The position numbers and the translations under genes were made by a program. A stretch of 63,984 nucleotides of DNA, counting the filler, from Basidioascus undulatus (Eukaryota), in the NCBI GenBank assembly GCA_000826855.1. It is 10 parts of 10 records of this genome, joined end to end, with 100 filler letters (N's around TTAATTAATTAA, not from the genome) between each part and the next. Parts side by side here need not be neighbours in the genome. Positions count along the whole stretch, not along the records: positions 25,194 to 27,417 come from JTLS01002866.1; positions 27,518 to 29,739 come from JTLS01002867.1; positions 29,840 to 32,006 come from JTLS01002868.1; positions 32,107 to 54,872 come from JTLS01000287.1; 6 more parts are not named here. One strand, given 5' to 3'. Positions within the stretch are counted from its first letter, which is position 1, and every line of letters begins with the position of its first letter. Of this stretch, positions 26,222-38,292 are shown piece by piece. Below the pieces are notes generated by a model. It was given only the letters and a program-made list of their open reading frames with translations. It was not told the origin of the DNA and ran no database searches.

Positions 26222-26607
26222 GCGAAGTGAAGAGGTGAAAGAGGAAGGTGAGAGGGACGGGGGGAGTGCAGCTGCAAAGGCGCTTTCGGGACTGGGCCAG
26301 TTTCTTTCGCTTTTAGACCGGGTTAAATATCCTTTGGGCGACAAACCACACTTAGGCACGGTCTGTCCGAAATAGGAAAAAGGCGTAGATGAGGCGAAAA
26401 ATGCCTTGTAAGCGTACGAGGCAGACAGTGGTTAGCGGAAAACCCATGTTTGGCGCGGCCAACAAGAATGCAGTCAGGTGACGGAATTTTACCCTAGCTT
26501 GGAGTCTTGCCTTCCTTCGTTCCTTCCCCATTCCTCTTTCCCCCTTGCCACCTTTTTCTCCTTATCACATACCCCTCGGTCTCTGCCACAGCCGCCACGC
26601 CGCCACT

Positions 26608-27360
26608 ATGTCCCGCCGCGATGACCCCGCCGACGTCAACCCGATGCGCCTCTTCGTCCGGCACGTCCCCATAAACGCCCACCTGCCGGAGGGGTATCGG
26701 TCCCCCATCGACTTCCTGCGCGACTGCTTTCAGCCTTTCGGGAAAATGTGCGTCTCTCGTAACCTTTCAGGAGGTTCTGTTGCCGTTGACTGAGGTGAGT
26801 GGGGTGGTGCCCACAGCACCGATATCTGCATTCCGACCGGCAAGCGCGGCATAGGCGAGCGCAGCGTATTCGCGTTCGTTTCCTTCGAGAGCGCCTTCGC
26901 GGCCTCCGAGGCACAGCGGGAGATGAACGACGCGCCCTTCCGCGGCGTGCGCATGCACGTCTCGCTGGCGATGCGCGGCGGGCGGGACGGCACCGCGGGG
27001 CGGGCCGAGTTTGACCGTCCCTTCCGGGGCGACGAGGACGGCTGGGGCCGGGACCGGCGGCGGAGACGGAGCCTCTCGCCCGAACCGCGTCGCCTGCTGC
27101 AATCGCGCTCGCACTCGCGATCGCGGTCGCCCCCGCCCAGGGACGAGGCCGCCCGGTGGAAGAGGCGGGCGGAGGATGCGGAGCGCGACTTGGTGGACGC
27201 GAAGCGGGAGGTGGACGCGCTGAGGCTGGAGCTGGAGCGGGCGAAGGGCGAGACGGACGCGCTGCAGAAGGTCGTGGATAAGCTCTCGGGGGGCGCGCCG
27301 GGGGGTTCGGCGAGGGGTCGCTCTGCCAGTCCCGGCGATACACCGAGTCCTAGGCGGTAG
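26608..27360 (+). CDS. RRM protein with an RS-like segment and a C-terminal coiled coil
   Basis: RLFVRHVP (RNP2), FAFVSFES (RNP1), RRRRRSLSP..RSHSRSRSPPP, then heptads EDAERDLVDAKREVDALRLELERAKGE. One intron at about 26749-26815. Confidence 0.8.
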
Positions 27361-27517
27361 TGAGCTGGCGGGGTGGGGTGGGGGTGGGTGGTGCGTGCCT
27401 ACGGAGCGTTGCCACAGNNNNNNNNNNNNNNNNNNNNNNNNNNNNNNNNNNNNNNNNNNNNTTAATTAATTAANNNNNNNNNNNNNNNNNNNNNNNNNNN
27501 NNNNNNNNNNNNNNNNN

Positions 27518-27984
27518 AGGGGGAGGTTGGGCGGGCGCGATGTGAGCTCGGGAGAGAGGTTGGAGGACTCGAGCCCGATTAGTTTGGGCAGGGAGGGCCC
27601 GAAGATGTCGAGGTCGAGAATGCCCACGCGCGGGCGGGGGATGGAAGGCGGGGGGTTATGCAGAAGTGACAAGGCCAGGTTCACTGTTCCAATCCCCATC
27701 ACCCAAGCACCACCATGTCAGCTCCCTCAATTCCGCCTCTGCGAACCGAACCCCTCCCACTCACCAGCGACCGTGCTCTTACCCACCCCGCCCTTGCCAC
27801 TCGCCACAGCCAGCACCTTCCCCACATACGGTATCCGCCGCTTTTGCGGGGGTCCGCGACCCATGGGGGAGGGCGGCCCGCGCTTGGGCAGGCCGAGCGG
27901 GTTCTCGTGCGAGTGCTGGAGGGCGGAGGTGCGCAGGGAGCGGCGGAGCAATGTGGTGGGGGAGGGGAGACGGAGAGGTGGCAT
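27518..27984 (-). CDS. IND1: Mitochondrial Fe-S protein Ind1/NUBPL (Mrp/NBP35 family), N-terminal part
   Basis: Arg-rich presequence, HENPLGLP, VLAVASGKGGVGKSTVA/VNLAL, VGILDLDIFGPSLPKL. Confidence 0.9.
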
Positions 27985-28405
27985 GGTGGCAGTGGGTATG
28001 GGGTGGTTGGGTGATGGAGGAGCGGGATGGAGGGAGAAGAAGGAACGAGCAAGCAAGCGAGAAGGGAAGACAGGTTGAGGGAGCCGTGGGAATTTCAGTT
28101 AAGCGGGCTAATGGCGCTCCTTTACTGGCCTGCTTTGATAGCGAGCAGGGAGCCCAGAACCGAAAATACATTCATACTTTTCTGTATTCTGTATTCCATA
28201 TCTACCTGAAAGAATACAAATGGAAGAGCAAAGGCCCACAAGGTCACTGGGTCGTGAATTTTCCTTTCTCATGGAGGCGATGAAGCGACGCGTCGCGCAC
28301 GCGCATTTCCCGGCGCGATCGGCACCCGCCATCGTGCGTTGCTCTTCGTCCTCTTACCACCAATTGCTACATTCACATCCCAACATTCTCCATACCTCCA
28401 ATACC

Positions 28406-29278
28406 ATGCCCGCACGACGCTCCACGCGCTCTGCCGGCACCGCGTCCGCCCGCCCAACGCGCAAGCGGCAGCGTACAGCGGCGGTGAAGGCTGGGGACGA
28501 GAGCAGCGAGATCGAGACGGAGAGTGATGATGCCGACTTTGAGCAGAGCGGGGAGGAGGAGAGCGAGGAGTGCGTTCTCACCTTCCCCTTCCCTTTCGAC
28601 TGTCCTCCTTCCTCCTCATCAGCTGCGGGGGGATTGATTTGTGGACGGGGGCAGGCTGGACTCGGAAGACTTGGATGGGGACAGCGAGGAGGAGGGCGCG
28701 GGTGGGAAGCGGAAGCGCGCTGGGAGTGCGAAGGGCACGCAGAAGGGCAAGGGTAAGGGCACGCCCAAGTCGAACGGCAAGAAGAAGAATAAGGCGGACG
28801 ACGAGCTCACCGCGTCCTCATCTTCCTCCGACGAGGACGAGGACGGATCAGCGGGTGCGTCCACAGGCAAAGCGCCTAAAGCGCCCAAAGCGTTCCAAGG
28901 TACCTCTTACCTCTTGCTGTTCCATTTTCGACATCCCCAGAAAACTGACTTGCCGTCGTGTCGGCCCCAGCCCCGCCCGGCCAGGTCTCCCAAGCGACGC
29001 TCGACTTTCTCGCGTGCCTTACCCACCCGCTTGGGAACGACCGCGACTGGCTCGGGCGAAACGATGGCGTGTATAGGACTGCGCTGAAGGTGCGCCTGTA
29101 CCTTCGCGTCGGGGTACTGCTTCCGATGCGCGACACTGATGGGAGGGCGATGTTGGCTGAGGACACAGGAATGGAACGCTTTCGTGGACGCTGTGCGTTC
29201 CTTTCCCCATGCCTTCCCCGCTCCAATCGTCCGAGCTCACAAACCTTACCCCGGCAGCTCGTCCCCAAAGCAATGGAG
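28406..29278 (+). CDS. DUF2461-family protein, N-terminal part (acidic/basic region plus the start of the domain)
   Basis: APPGQVSQATLDFLACLTHPLGNDRDWLGRNDGVYRTALK/EWNAFVDA/LVPKAME. The expected RIYRDIRFS..KTPYK block does not follow. Confidence 0.7.
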
Positions 29279-30259
29279 GTACTTCTTCCCTTCCTTCCCT
29301 TCCCTCTCCCCATCCCTCACGTCCCCACCCCGCTCAACGCAAGCCCCTCCCCGGCTTGCCCCTTCCCTCTCCCCTCCTCGCTTCCCCCTCCCCGGCCCTC
29401 TCCACCCGACTGAACCTCCTCCCCTTTCCAAACCAAACAGGCACCAAAGCCGTCCGCGCCGGCTCGCTCCCCATCTTCCCCTCCTCGCGCGCGGGAAAGG
29501 CGCTCGTGGCGCACTCGCTCCTCGACGGCGAGCTCCAGCCGGGCGAGGGCCACGCGCGCCCCGCGCAGGGCACGAGCGAGCACGACGCGCTGCTGAGTCG
29601 GAGTCTGGACGCGAATGGGAATGGGAAGGCTGAGGGTGGAGGTGGGAAGAGGGTGACTTATGGGAGTCCGGAGGCGCAGGTTCAAGGGGAGGAACTGAGG
29701 GGGGTTGCGGAGCTTGTTTGGGAGGGGAGGTGTGGAGGCNNNNNNNNNNNNNNNNNNNNNNNNNNNNNNNNNNNNNNNNNNNNTTAATTAATTAANNNNN
29801 NNNNNNNNNNNNNNNNNNNNNNNNNNNNNNNNNNNNNNNCGGGGTGGGGAGAGCGTATGAATCTGTGCGCCTGGAGGCGGGCGGGTACTCGCGGCGAGGG
29901 CCGAAGAGCAGACACCTGCATGAGCGACGAGTTGGAGGTACAAGGAAAGAGCGAGCCAGGGAAGGCTGGCCTTCAAAGAAGACAGTCTCATGAACGCGCC
30001 TTCTCGCGCCTCCACACTAAAAAGACTTTCATCCAACCTGCAACGCGACACTTTTGCACTCTCAAGACCATCTGAGTTTACCGCAGACATCACGCAGACG
30101 TCCAGACGGGCAGGCAGAAAGACGCGGCACAGAAAATAATGCAGACAGCCAGTCTACGCAGGCAGGAGAAAACGACACGAGAAACGAAAGTACACCACCC
30201 GCCCACATCCCACATCCAGCTCCATACAAGTCAAGTTTCTACAACACACCCCGCCCTCC

Positions 30260-31916
30260 TCAAGCCGCCGCCGCCGCCGCGGGCTCCGCCGCCTCCGCGC
30301 CGTTCTCCACGGGCGCCGCCTGCGCGGGCGCGGGCGCCTCGACCTCGGCCTCGCGCACGGCGGTCTGCTTGAGCATGTCGAGGATGGACGCGATCGACTC
30401 CTTCCACTGGCCCAGGCGGTCCTCGAGCGCCTGCCACTCCTCCGCGCCGAACATGCGGTGCGCGGCGCGGTGCACCCGGAACGAGCGCGCCGTTTGGGAG
30501 AGCTTGCCCGAGACCAGGCCGGCGCGGATGACTGAACGACAGGACGCATTCGGATCAGAAATTAATGAAGAGAAGATCGGAGGTGACTGTGGGGGAGGGA
30601 TGGATGGCTTACCATCGATCACCCAGGACTCGACAGCGGACTCCTCGACCTTGATGGTGGAGGCGATGTCGGCGTAGCGGAGGTCCTGGCCGACGTTCTT
30701 GCAGCAAAGGGTGGTGAGGGTGAGGAGGCGGATTTTGCGAGACAGCTTGTCGCCGTCGAGGTCTGGCGTGCCGCCCACCGAGATCAGCCACCTGCCCGGC
30801 CACCTGCTCGACCGACAACGACCATCTCTCTTGGCTCTCCCATATCCAGCGAGACGAGCGGAATAAGGAAACAGACGCACTCAGCTGACCGAGCACAGCG
30901 CCGTTGTCCTTCGCCCACGCCTCGTACTCCTCCAGACCGCCATCCAGGAAAATCTTGAGCAGCGCGAACGCGGCCTCGTCCTTCGCGGCGCGAACAGCCT
31001 CGAGCTTGAGCAGGGGCTCAAAGTCGAACACGGTCGGCTGGCGGAGAGCGGCGGCGATGGCAGAGGCAGCGTCGGACTTGTCGGCGGACGGGGCGGCGGC
31101 GAGGTACTTGAGGAGGTAGGTGTAGCTTCGGGCGCTGCAAGACCGGCGCACATCCACGATGAGCTTCCAGGCAGAAATCGGGTTGACATGAGGGGAGGAC
31201 GCACGGCTTGCCGGACTTGTCGAAGATATCCGAAACGGTCTTGAGGAAGCGCGCCTTCTCCTCGGCGGGGACGTCCCATTCCGCGAGCCACTTGTCCACC
31301 GTCGCCTCGTTCGCCGCGACCGCCTCGGTCTCCTCCGTCTGTGCCGCCTGCTCGAGGATGGTCGTGTAGACGGAGAGGCGGAGGGGGGAGGTCTTGTGCA
31401 GGGCGTTGAAGACGTTGGTGAGGCTGGACGAAGAAACCTCCCGCACACATGAGCAGGACGGAGACGGTGGGGCAAGAGGGGAGGGGGATGGGACGGACAT
31501 GCGGAGTTTCAGGGAGGCGCGCTCTGGGGAGGCGTCGGAGGAGACCTTTGAGACGAGCTGGTTCAACCGCGTCCGGCCGGCGTCGGTGTCGACGGGGAAG
31601 CTAGCGACCAAGAGGGAGACGAGGAGGTTGAAGAAGCCCTCGATCTCTGGCGACCCGGCGCCCCACCCATCATCCTCATAAGCACCAAGCGTACCCAAAC
31701 ACAGCGAACTCCCGTACGGCAGACTCACCGAGCGGCGATCCAATACCCAGCCCGTCAACATCCTCCAGCACGCGGTCGAGCACCTCTGCCTTCTTCCCCG
31801 CGTCCGCGGGCGCCTGGCTCTCCTGCGCCACGACGCTCTTCTGGTACGCCTCGAGGAAGGGCGCGCGGTCGGACTCGGGCTTTGACCGGGAGATGAACGT
31901 CACGGCCTCCTGGATC
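30260..31916 (-). CDS. EIF3M: Translation initiation factor eIF3 subunit M (PCI domain); 5' end at the gap
   Basis: EIEGFFNLL, LTNVFNAL..LRLSVY, PTVFDFEPLL, KIRLLTLTTL..YADIASTIKVEESAVESWVID/VIRAGLVSGKLSQ..FGAEEWQALEDRLGQWK. Confidence 0.9.
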
Positions 31917-32106
31917 TGTGGCGGGTGAAGGAAGAAAACGCAGGTCGGTCAGGGCTGCGGGGGAGGGGGTGGAGCCACGACGACAAGAACAAAGACAAGG
32001 GCGACTNNNNNNNNNNNNNNNNNNNNNNNNNNNNNNNNNNNNNNNNNNNNTTAATTAATTAANNNNNNNNNNNNNNNNNNNNNNNNNNNNNNNNNNNNNN
32101 NNNNNN

Positions 32107-33294
32107 GGGGGCGGGCCGGACAGGGAGGGAGTCGAAGACGAGCAGAGGGAAAGAAGTATCAACGCTCGAGGCCAAAGCACCGTCGGCCCGACGCCGAGCC
32201 CGTGCATCTCACCCACGACAGGTGGAATGCGGACGACTGCCCAGCCGTCGTCCGCCCAGCCCGTGCCACAGCCGTGGCCAGCGATCGCCGCGCTCCATTC
32301 CGCCTCCGCCGTGCCGGTGTTCCCGTCCCACGGCTTAACCCACACAGCGCGCTCGCCGTGCGGGAGAAGGCGCAGTTCCAAGCCTTCGCGGAGAGCGAGA
32401 TGCGTCGGTGGAGGCGTCGTGTGCGGGCTCGCACGACGGGGGAGAGCGGCGAAGGGCAGCGGTGTGGGACGAGGGGAGATGAGCAGTAGGTGAGGAAGCA
32501 GAGTCAGATCGAGAACGACATGGAGGAGTGGTCTGGAACAGAAAAAGGCAGTCTCAGCGTGGAGCGTAATCCAAGAGGAGAGAAGACCCTACCTCGGTTT
32601 GCCAGACCCCCAGGCCTCGAGACCAGGCACGTCCGGTTCGGGCGGCATGAGAACCAAACCGTCCTCGAGACGTCGTATAGTACCGTTCGAACGATTTGCG
32701 ATTAAGTCGAGAAGGCGTTCGCGCAAAGCAGCGATAAAGTGGGCGTGGGGTTCGCGGAGGTGCGGGTCCGGCACGACTTGGGAAGGGGAGGGATAGAGCT
32801 TGGCGGGGTTGAAGGATTCGGCTGGCGCGCCTACAATTTGTGTAATGAAGTGTAAGTCTCCACCCAATTGATCCTGCAGCCTCCAAAAGAGCGGAGGACG
32901 TACCATGGAGACCCTCGAGCTCGAGGCTGTCCAGATGGCTTTCCTGTCCGACCTCGAACGCCCACAGCTCCACCTCCAGCCCTTTCGCCTGCTCTCCCTC
33001 GCGCTCTTTTCCCTTGGCAGTAGGCCTGTTGCCGGCCTTCAGGCGAACCTTCGCCAGCGCGGCGCCGAGGTCGGCCCAACCAGACCGCCCCACATCGCCC
33101 GCGAGCTTCGCGCGCGCGCGCTCGATGGCGTCCGGGGCACCGTGGAGGACGCGCCAGTGGATACGCGCGTCGGGCGGGAGGCTGATGGTGGTGATGGATA
33201 GGACGGAGGACAGCTCTGGCGTATATGCCGGTGCGACCGGGATCGACGCCGGCTGCTGCTGAGGCGGCGGCCCTGGGCGAGGGCGGGTGGCCAT
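32107..33294 (-). CDS. MED13: Mediator subunit Med13 (Ssn2/Srb9), N-terminal part
   Basis: DAIERARAKL, ELWAFEV, HAHFIAALRERLLDLI..RRLEDGLVL, LLLISPRPTPLPF, LRLLPHGE, VLWPRAL resemble the basidiomycete Med13 N-terminus as recalled. Cut at the gap. Confidence 0.6.
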
Positions 33295-34949
33295 GGACGG
33301 CAGCGGGGCGAAGGTCGCGATCAAGTGCGGCGGCTCCCGCGCTCCCGCCTACGAAAATCAAGGGGATATTGTGATAGAACGTGTAGGGTCCAGGGTGAGC
33401 GATACCCAAGCGGGCCTCGCAGGGGGTGTTGGCGGCGATTGTATAAGAGCGAATGGTGAAGGGAAGCGGAAGGGGTGCTTCGCTTCGAGCACTCGTCCGA
33501 GGAGCTGTTGCCTTGCGGGCCGCTGCCAAAGCTATGCGCTGACAGCCCCGGTGTGGGGGACTCGCCCACGCGACGCAGTCTTGCGATCACATCCAAAGAC
33601 ATTTTCAATGAGGTTTACTTCAAAGATATACGATTTAGCTCTTCTGTCCAAAGCAGCTCATAGCTGTTGCGGTGGCGTCTCCCCGACTCGAGGGAGCTTT
33701 GGTTGACACTGGCAGGTGTCAGTCTCAGTAATACTGTATTGCGCCGCGGTGGATTGCCAACACAACCAGGTCGCGCATCGACCACTTGCCACGTACCAGG
33801 CACGGCAGTGCTTCCAGGTCAACTTGAGCAACACAAAGCACAATGCAGCTCTCTGAGGAGGTGTGCCAAGTGTTACCCACACAGCGGCTGGTGGCTCTCA
33901 CAGGCTATCCAATCAACGTCTTCGGGTCAGCTTGCCTTTGCATGGCTCTCAGGGCAGTGAAACTCCTCTGACAATGTCGAAAACCCTTTCCGTTTATCAT
34001 GGATGCCTGGAGGGGATCTCAGGTTGTTGCAGTCTTCCGTTCTCTGATGCTTGAACGGACAATTGCTCCCCTGCGAGAGAGGCTTGGCAACTTGACATGG
34101 TAAGTGGATGGGTTCGCACATAAATTCTCCCGTTTTTGCTTTTTATTCTCTCGAAAACTGTGGAGGTCGTGAAGTGCAGTAAATAAACATGCCAGACGAC
34201 CTCGCGTAAAGGACCACTGCAACCATGAGAAGTCTTCGCTGAGATCCCACACTCCTGAAACTTGTTGTTCAACCGGGAAAACTACACTGGGTCTCTTTGT
34301 TAGATCCCCCATGCGCCGGTCACAAGGCAGCTCGGCGGTTGCTGATGTGAAGTGTTGCAGTGGCCGCGCCATCTGGTCTGTTAGTGTTACTTTCCAACTG
34401 CCAGCTACAGAAGGGCGACGATATGAGTAGCTTGAGTGCACTGTGTTGCAGAGCACGGGAAGCGTACAGAGCGAGTGGCTCAGTTCGCTGCAACCTTGGA
34501 TGCATACGCGGCGTACCGGTCGAGCAACGAGAGTATCAGCCCCTCGTCTAGCCAGATTATATTTCCAACATATCATAAATTCGAATGCTTCAGGTTTGAA
34601 GCTGAGTCTTCGCCGGTGTACTTAGAGTCTTTCTTTCTGTCACCCGAGTCTGGACGATGTCGACCGGCAAACGTCTCCATCGGACTCGACAACCACCAAA
34701 CTCGACAATAGCTTCATGCGGCCTCAAAATTTCTAAGAAACAACTTCGCTTCTAAATAGGAAACCTCACCAAACCGGCCTTCACGCGCGACCCACCACGT
34801 CCTCAGCCGCTCTCTCCGGATGCATTCCCTGCATTGCTAGTGGGCCAACGAAAAGATGCTTCAGCTGACCTCGCTTGGTCATGAAAAATCAGACGTGATC
34901 CCCACCAGCGAGCAGCCAGGTCCGTCCTAATCGAAGGTGAGCATGCACG

Positions 34950-37330
34950 ATCAGTTGAACTTACAACTCTGCGGTTCGCGCCCAGTCCTTCTCTGCGAGC
35001 GCACGCCGCCAGCCGTGCAGCGAGACCTGGCCGGCCCTCGTCCAGCCCAAGCTGGAGGAATACAGCATACTTTGAGAGCTGGCGGGTTGTATTGGGAAGG
35101 ACAGCAGACGTACGTCAACGACAAATCAAGTTTCCCATAGTCGAACTTCGGCGAGACGAACTGCGTGAGGTGCTCGACGATGTCCGCTGCGGCTGCAGTG
35201 CACTTCGCGGCCTGAGTCTGGGAAAGTCTCGGAATGCAAATAGTGAAGGAGAAGGGGAAGCCTTCCCAGTCGCCCATCAGCAAGCTGCAGTGCAGTCTGG
35301 GAACATCCAGGCTCGCACCAGTACAAGATGCTCACTGCTGTGAAGCGCCGAGGCCCGTCATACGGCCACTCCCACTCCTCGACATGCTGAGCCGTCCTGA
35401 TGCGCTCCGGAAGAGATGCCCTAAAGGCCGCGACGAGCTCGTCAAGCCTCGAACTCGCGGCTCGTGCGGATGCGCCACAGACGGGAGGCATCGTCGACGT
35501 CGTCGTCGTCGGGAGGAGCGTCGTGCAGGTGCGTGAACCGAGCTGCAAGCGAGAGAGCTTGCAGAGCCTGATGAACGAGTCCCAGGTGGGAGGGTGCGAG
35601 GTGAAGGCGTCGTCGTCTTGCAGGGACTGGCTTGCAGGTGGCTCGACAAGCGACTGGATTGGCGCAGCGGGAGACGGTGACAGAGACTGCGCTAGAAAGG
35701 TCAGACGTGAAGTTGAAGGGAAACCTCAAGACTACTGGATTTTAATATGAACCGTAGACCCGGGTACCCATAATACCGAAGTGATCTCCACGTCTGCGAG
35801 CAATACGGGCCACCGACAGAGCACGCTGCCAGCACGGCTGCGAGCGAGGTCCATCAGCGATGATCAGGTAACAGTCCGGCTGAAGAGCTAAGCATTCCTC
35901 GTACTCTCAGTTGTACGGAATCCGAATGCAGCGAGCGCCACAGCTTGATCTTGCGCCGAGGTTGGTACGTTGTTTCTGTTCACGGTGCGTGGTAAAGCGC
36001 CCCACCGGGACATGCTTGGGCTCAGGCGTCTCCGACCGACCGCGACCTGCCAGAAGATTAGCGGCGTCCAGTCGATGGTAGCCGTGAGCCACGGTGAGCC
36101 GAAGACCTGTGGGTGAAAATATATGCAGCGCTCCGGTCGTCCTTTGGCTGAGGAAGCGCGTACCAGCCCCGTTGAGAGACTACGCAGTCGCCAACTCGTT
36201 CCGTCCATAGCAGTTGTACTAGATAGAACGATTAGCATCTACCCACAGCATTCAAGCATGTCTTGAGCGCTGACGCACGCAGAGCACGTCCAAGGGCTTC
36301 TTTCCCTTTCGCTGCGCATCGTCCAAAAGCGGGAGAGCTTGAGCATGGAACGTCACCTCGCAGGCTTTGAGAGAGCCGTCCAGAGGGCTCGTGCTACGCA
36401 AGTGTAGATAGCGAGGAGCAGGCAGGGATGCCGGCCATCGGGGTGCTCGAGACGAAGTGCGAGCGAGGCCCGCAGAGTTGGCGGGTGGAAGATGTTGCTC
36501 AGATAGCGCGAGAAGAAGATGTCGATTCTGCTCAAGCTAGAAATCGAGTGGAATAGGAGATTGGGCATCGTACGGGATGAAAGACGCACAAGGACTGCGC
36601 CATATCAGGCGGAACCTCGGGCTGGTACGTTCCAAGCTCGAAAGTGCCGGGATGCGGAGTGAGCGCGCTGAAAGCCCAGAGAAGCGCTGAGCCCTGCAAG
36701 TTACTGTAGGCCCTGTAGTTCTTTAGCACTATAAAACATGCATGCCGCTCCTAAGCAGCGCACTATCTCAAGTCCTCCGACAAGCCGCCCCGATTGAAGC
36801 GAACAGAGACAACGCCCACGAATTTGGATCGTAGAATGGCAGTCCCGAACATTTTAAATCATGAGCACGTCTTCTTTCCTCTTGTTTGATCCAAGTACCT
36901 ACCATCAGCGTCGAGCGCAGGAGGCTCTGCCCACCGTCGATGAACGGAAGAATCAGCGGATTGGCCCACACTTGGGGTCCACGAAGCGTGCTCACGGTCG
37001 TTATCCGTGTCGGCCCCCAGAGTGACTCGTTCAAGCTCCCTTTCCAGCTCGGCTGAAATGGACGAGCAGTTCCAGTCTTCAAGGCCCCAGGTACGGTGGG
37101 AATAGGCTAGTCGCACCGATCTGCCTGAGAAACTGCGTCCGCTTCGTACCCTTCGTGCTTCCCCAAATGCAGACTCTTCCCGCCCTGGTGCATAGACGCA
37201 CGCGGGCTTCGAGCCTTCGCACTTCTGTTGCTTCTGCACGTCAGCCTTTCATAGAGCGTCCCATGAACCGCACGAACCACTAGTCAACGATAATGTTGTC
37301 AATTCTGAACGGCAAGAGGCTGCCTGCCCG
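34950..37330 (-). pseudogene. Zn(II)2Cys6 fungal transcription factor pseudogene
   Basis: Collinear remnants: GQAASCRS/KQQKCEGSKPACVY (zinc cluster with missing Cys), IDIFFSR..LRASLAL..HPCLLLAIY, IFWQV, WDSFIRLCKL, LDELVAAFRASLP, KCTAAAADIVEHL..FDYGKLD. Many stops and frameshifts; boundaries approximate. Confidence 0.65.
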
Positions 37331-37782
37331 TTTGTCAACAAGGCGGGAGGTTTTGAACAAAGAGATTCTCCGCCAGACGTACGCGTCTATGCGCTGCTTA
37401 CACATTGGTAGGTTGAAATTGAAAAGGCTCATAGAATCTCGAAGTTGATACCTTGAATGAGTCGCCGATATCCAGAAATCACGCTCAGCGCCGGATTCGA
37501 AGGTCCTGGCTCTGGCACCCGCTGAGGCAATCCTCCGCACCGGCCTTACGTCAGTCCGAGGGGTTACACCTTCCCAGCCTGGTCGACTTAAAACCCTAAC
37601 GGTCGCGACAGGAAGCCTCAGGCAAGCTGAACTGACCCCTCTGAACGATGCCTGTGGTAACACCAACCCTTGCACCAGCTGTCGATGCACAAACGAGGAA
37701 AGCATTCCTCAAGGTCTTCTTTTGGTATCATTCGTCAACCCTTTATTCAACATTCAACGGCGTTCGCCCGCTCCACCACCGT

Positions 37783-38292
37783 CTACTGGGACGCCTCGCC
37801 GCCCTCCTTGTAGCCGTGCTCTGCAGGCATGCCTCAATGTCAGCCCATGATTCTTTCCAACCCACGTGTAGGAATAGACGCACCAAACTCCCATTCGAGC
37901 TCGCGGTTCGCAGACGAGTTCTCGGAGAAGTACTTGTTCTTGGCGTCCTCGACGGAGTGCTCACCGCCGTAGCCAGCGAGGAAGCCGGCGCTGGGTTGCG
38001 GGAAAGGGTGAGATGCGGCCCGGTGGGCGAGGATGGTATGGAACGGAGCGTACCGGTAGATCTCGAGGTCGAGCTGGGGGTTGCCGTTCTGCTGCCAGTA
38101 GGCGACGTGGGCTGTGCGAACGATGGGCATTTGTGCATGAGCATGTAATGTTCCGTGGGGGGGCAATCAACGATGCTCCACCCGCGCTCCCCCCGTCTTC
38201 TCTGCCAACACCACAAGCGAACACTCACCGTCCTTGGACGCGTTGAACTTCTCGACGCGGCGGTCGAACCACTCCTGGTTGCGCTCAGACAT
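37783..38292 (-). CDS. Small (about 88 aa) protein resembling the C-terminal domain of YBR056W-like GH5 proteins
   Basis: Four coding exons splice to MSERNQEWFDRRVEKFNASKD/AHVAYWQQNGNPQLDLEIYR/AGFLAGYGGEHSVEDAKNKYFSENSSANRELEWEF/EHGYKEGGEASQ*. 5'UTR intron, TATAAA at about 38480, strong GC3 bias. Confidence 0.75.
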
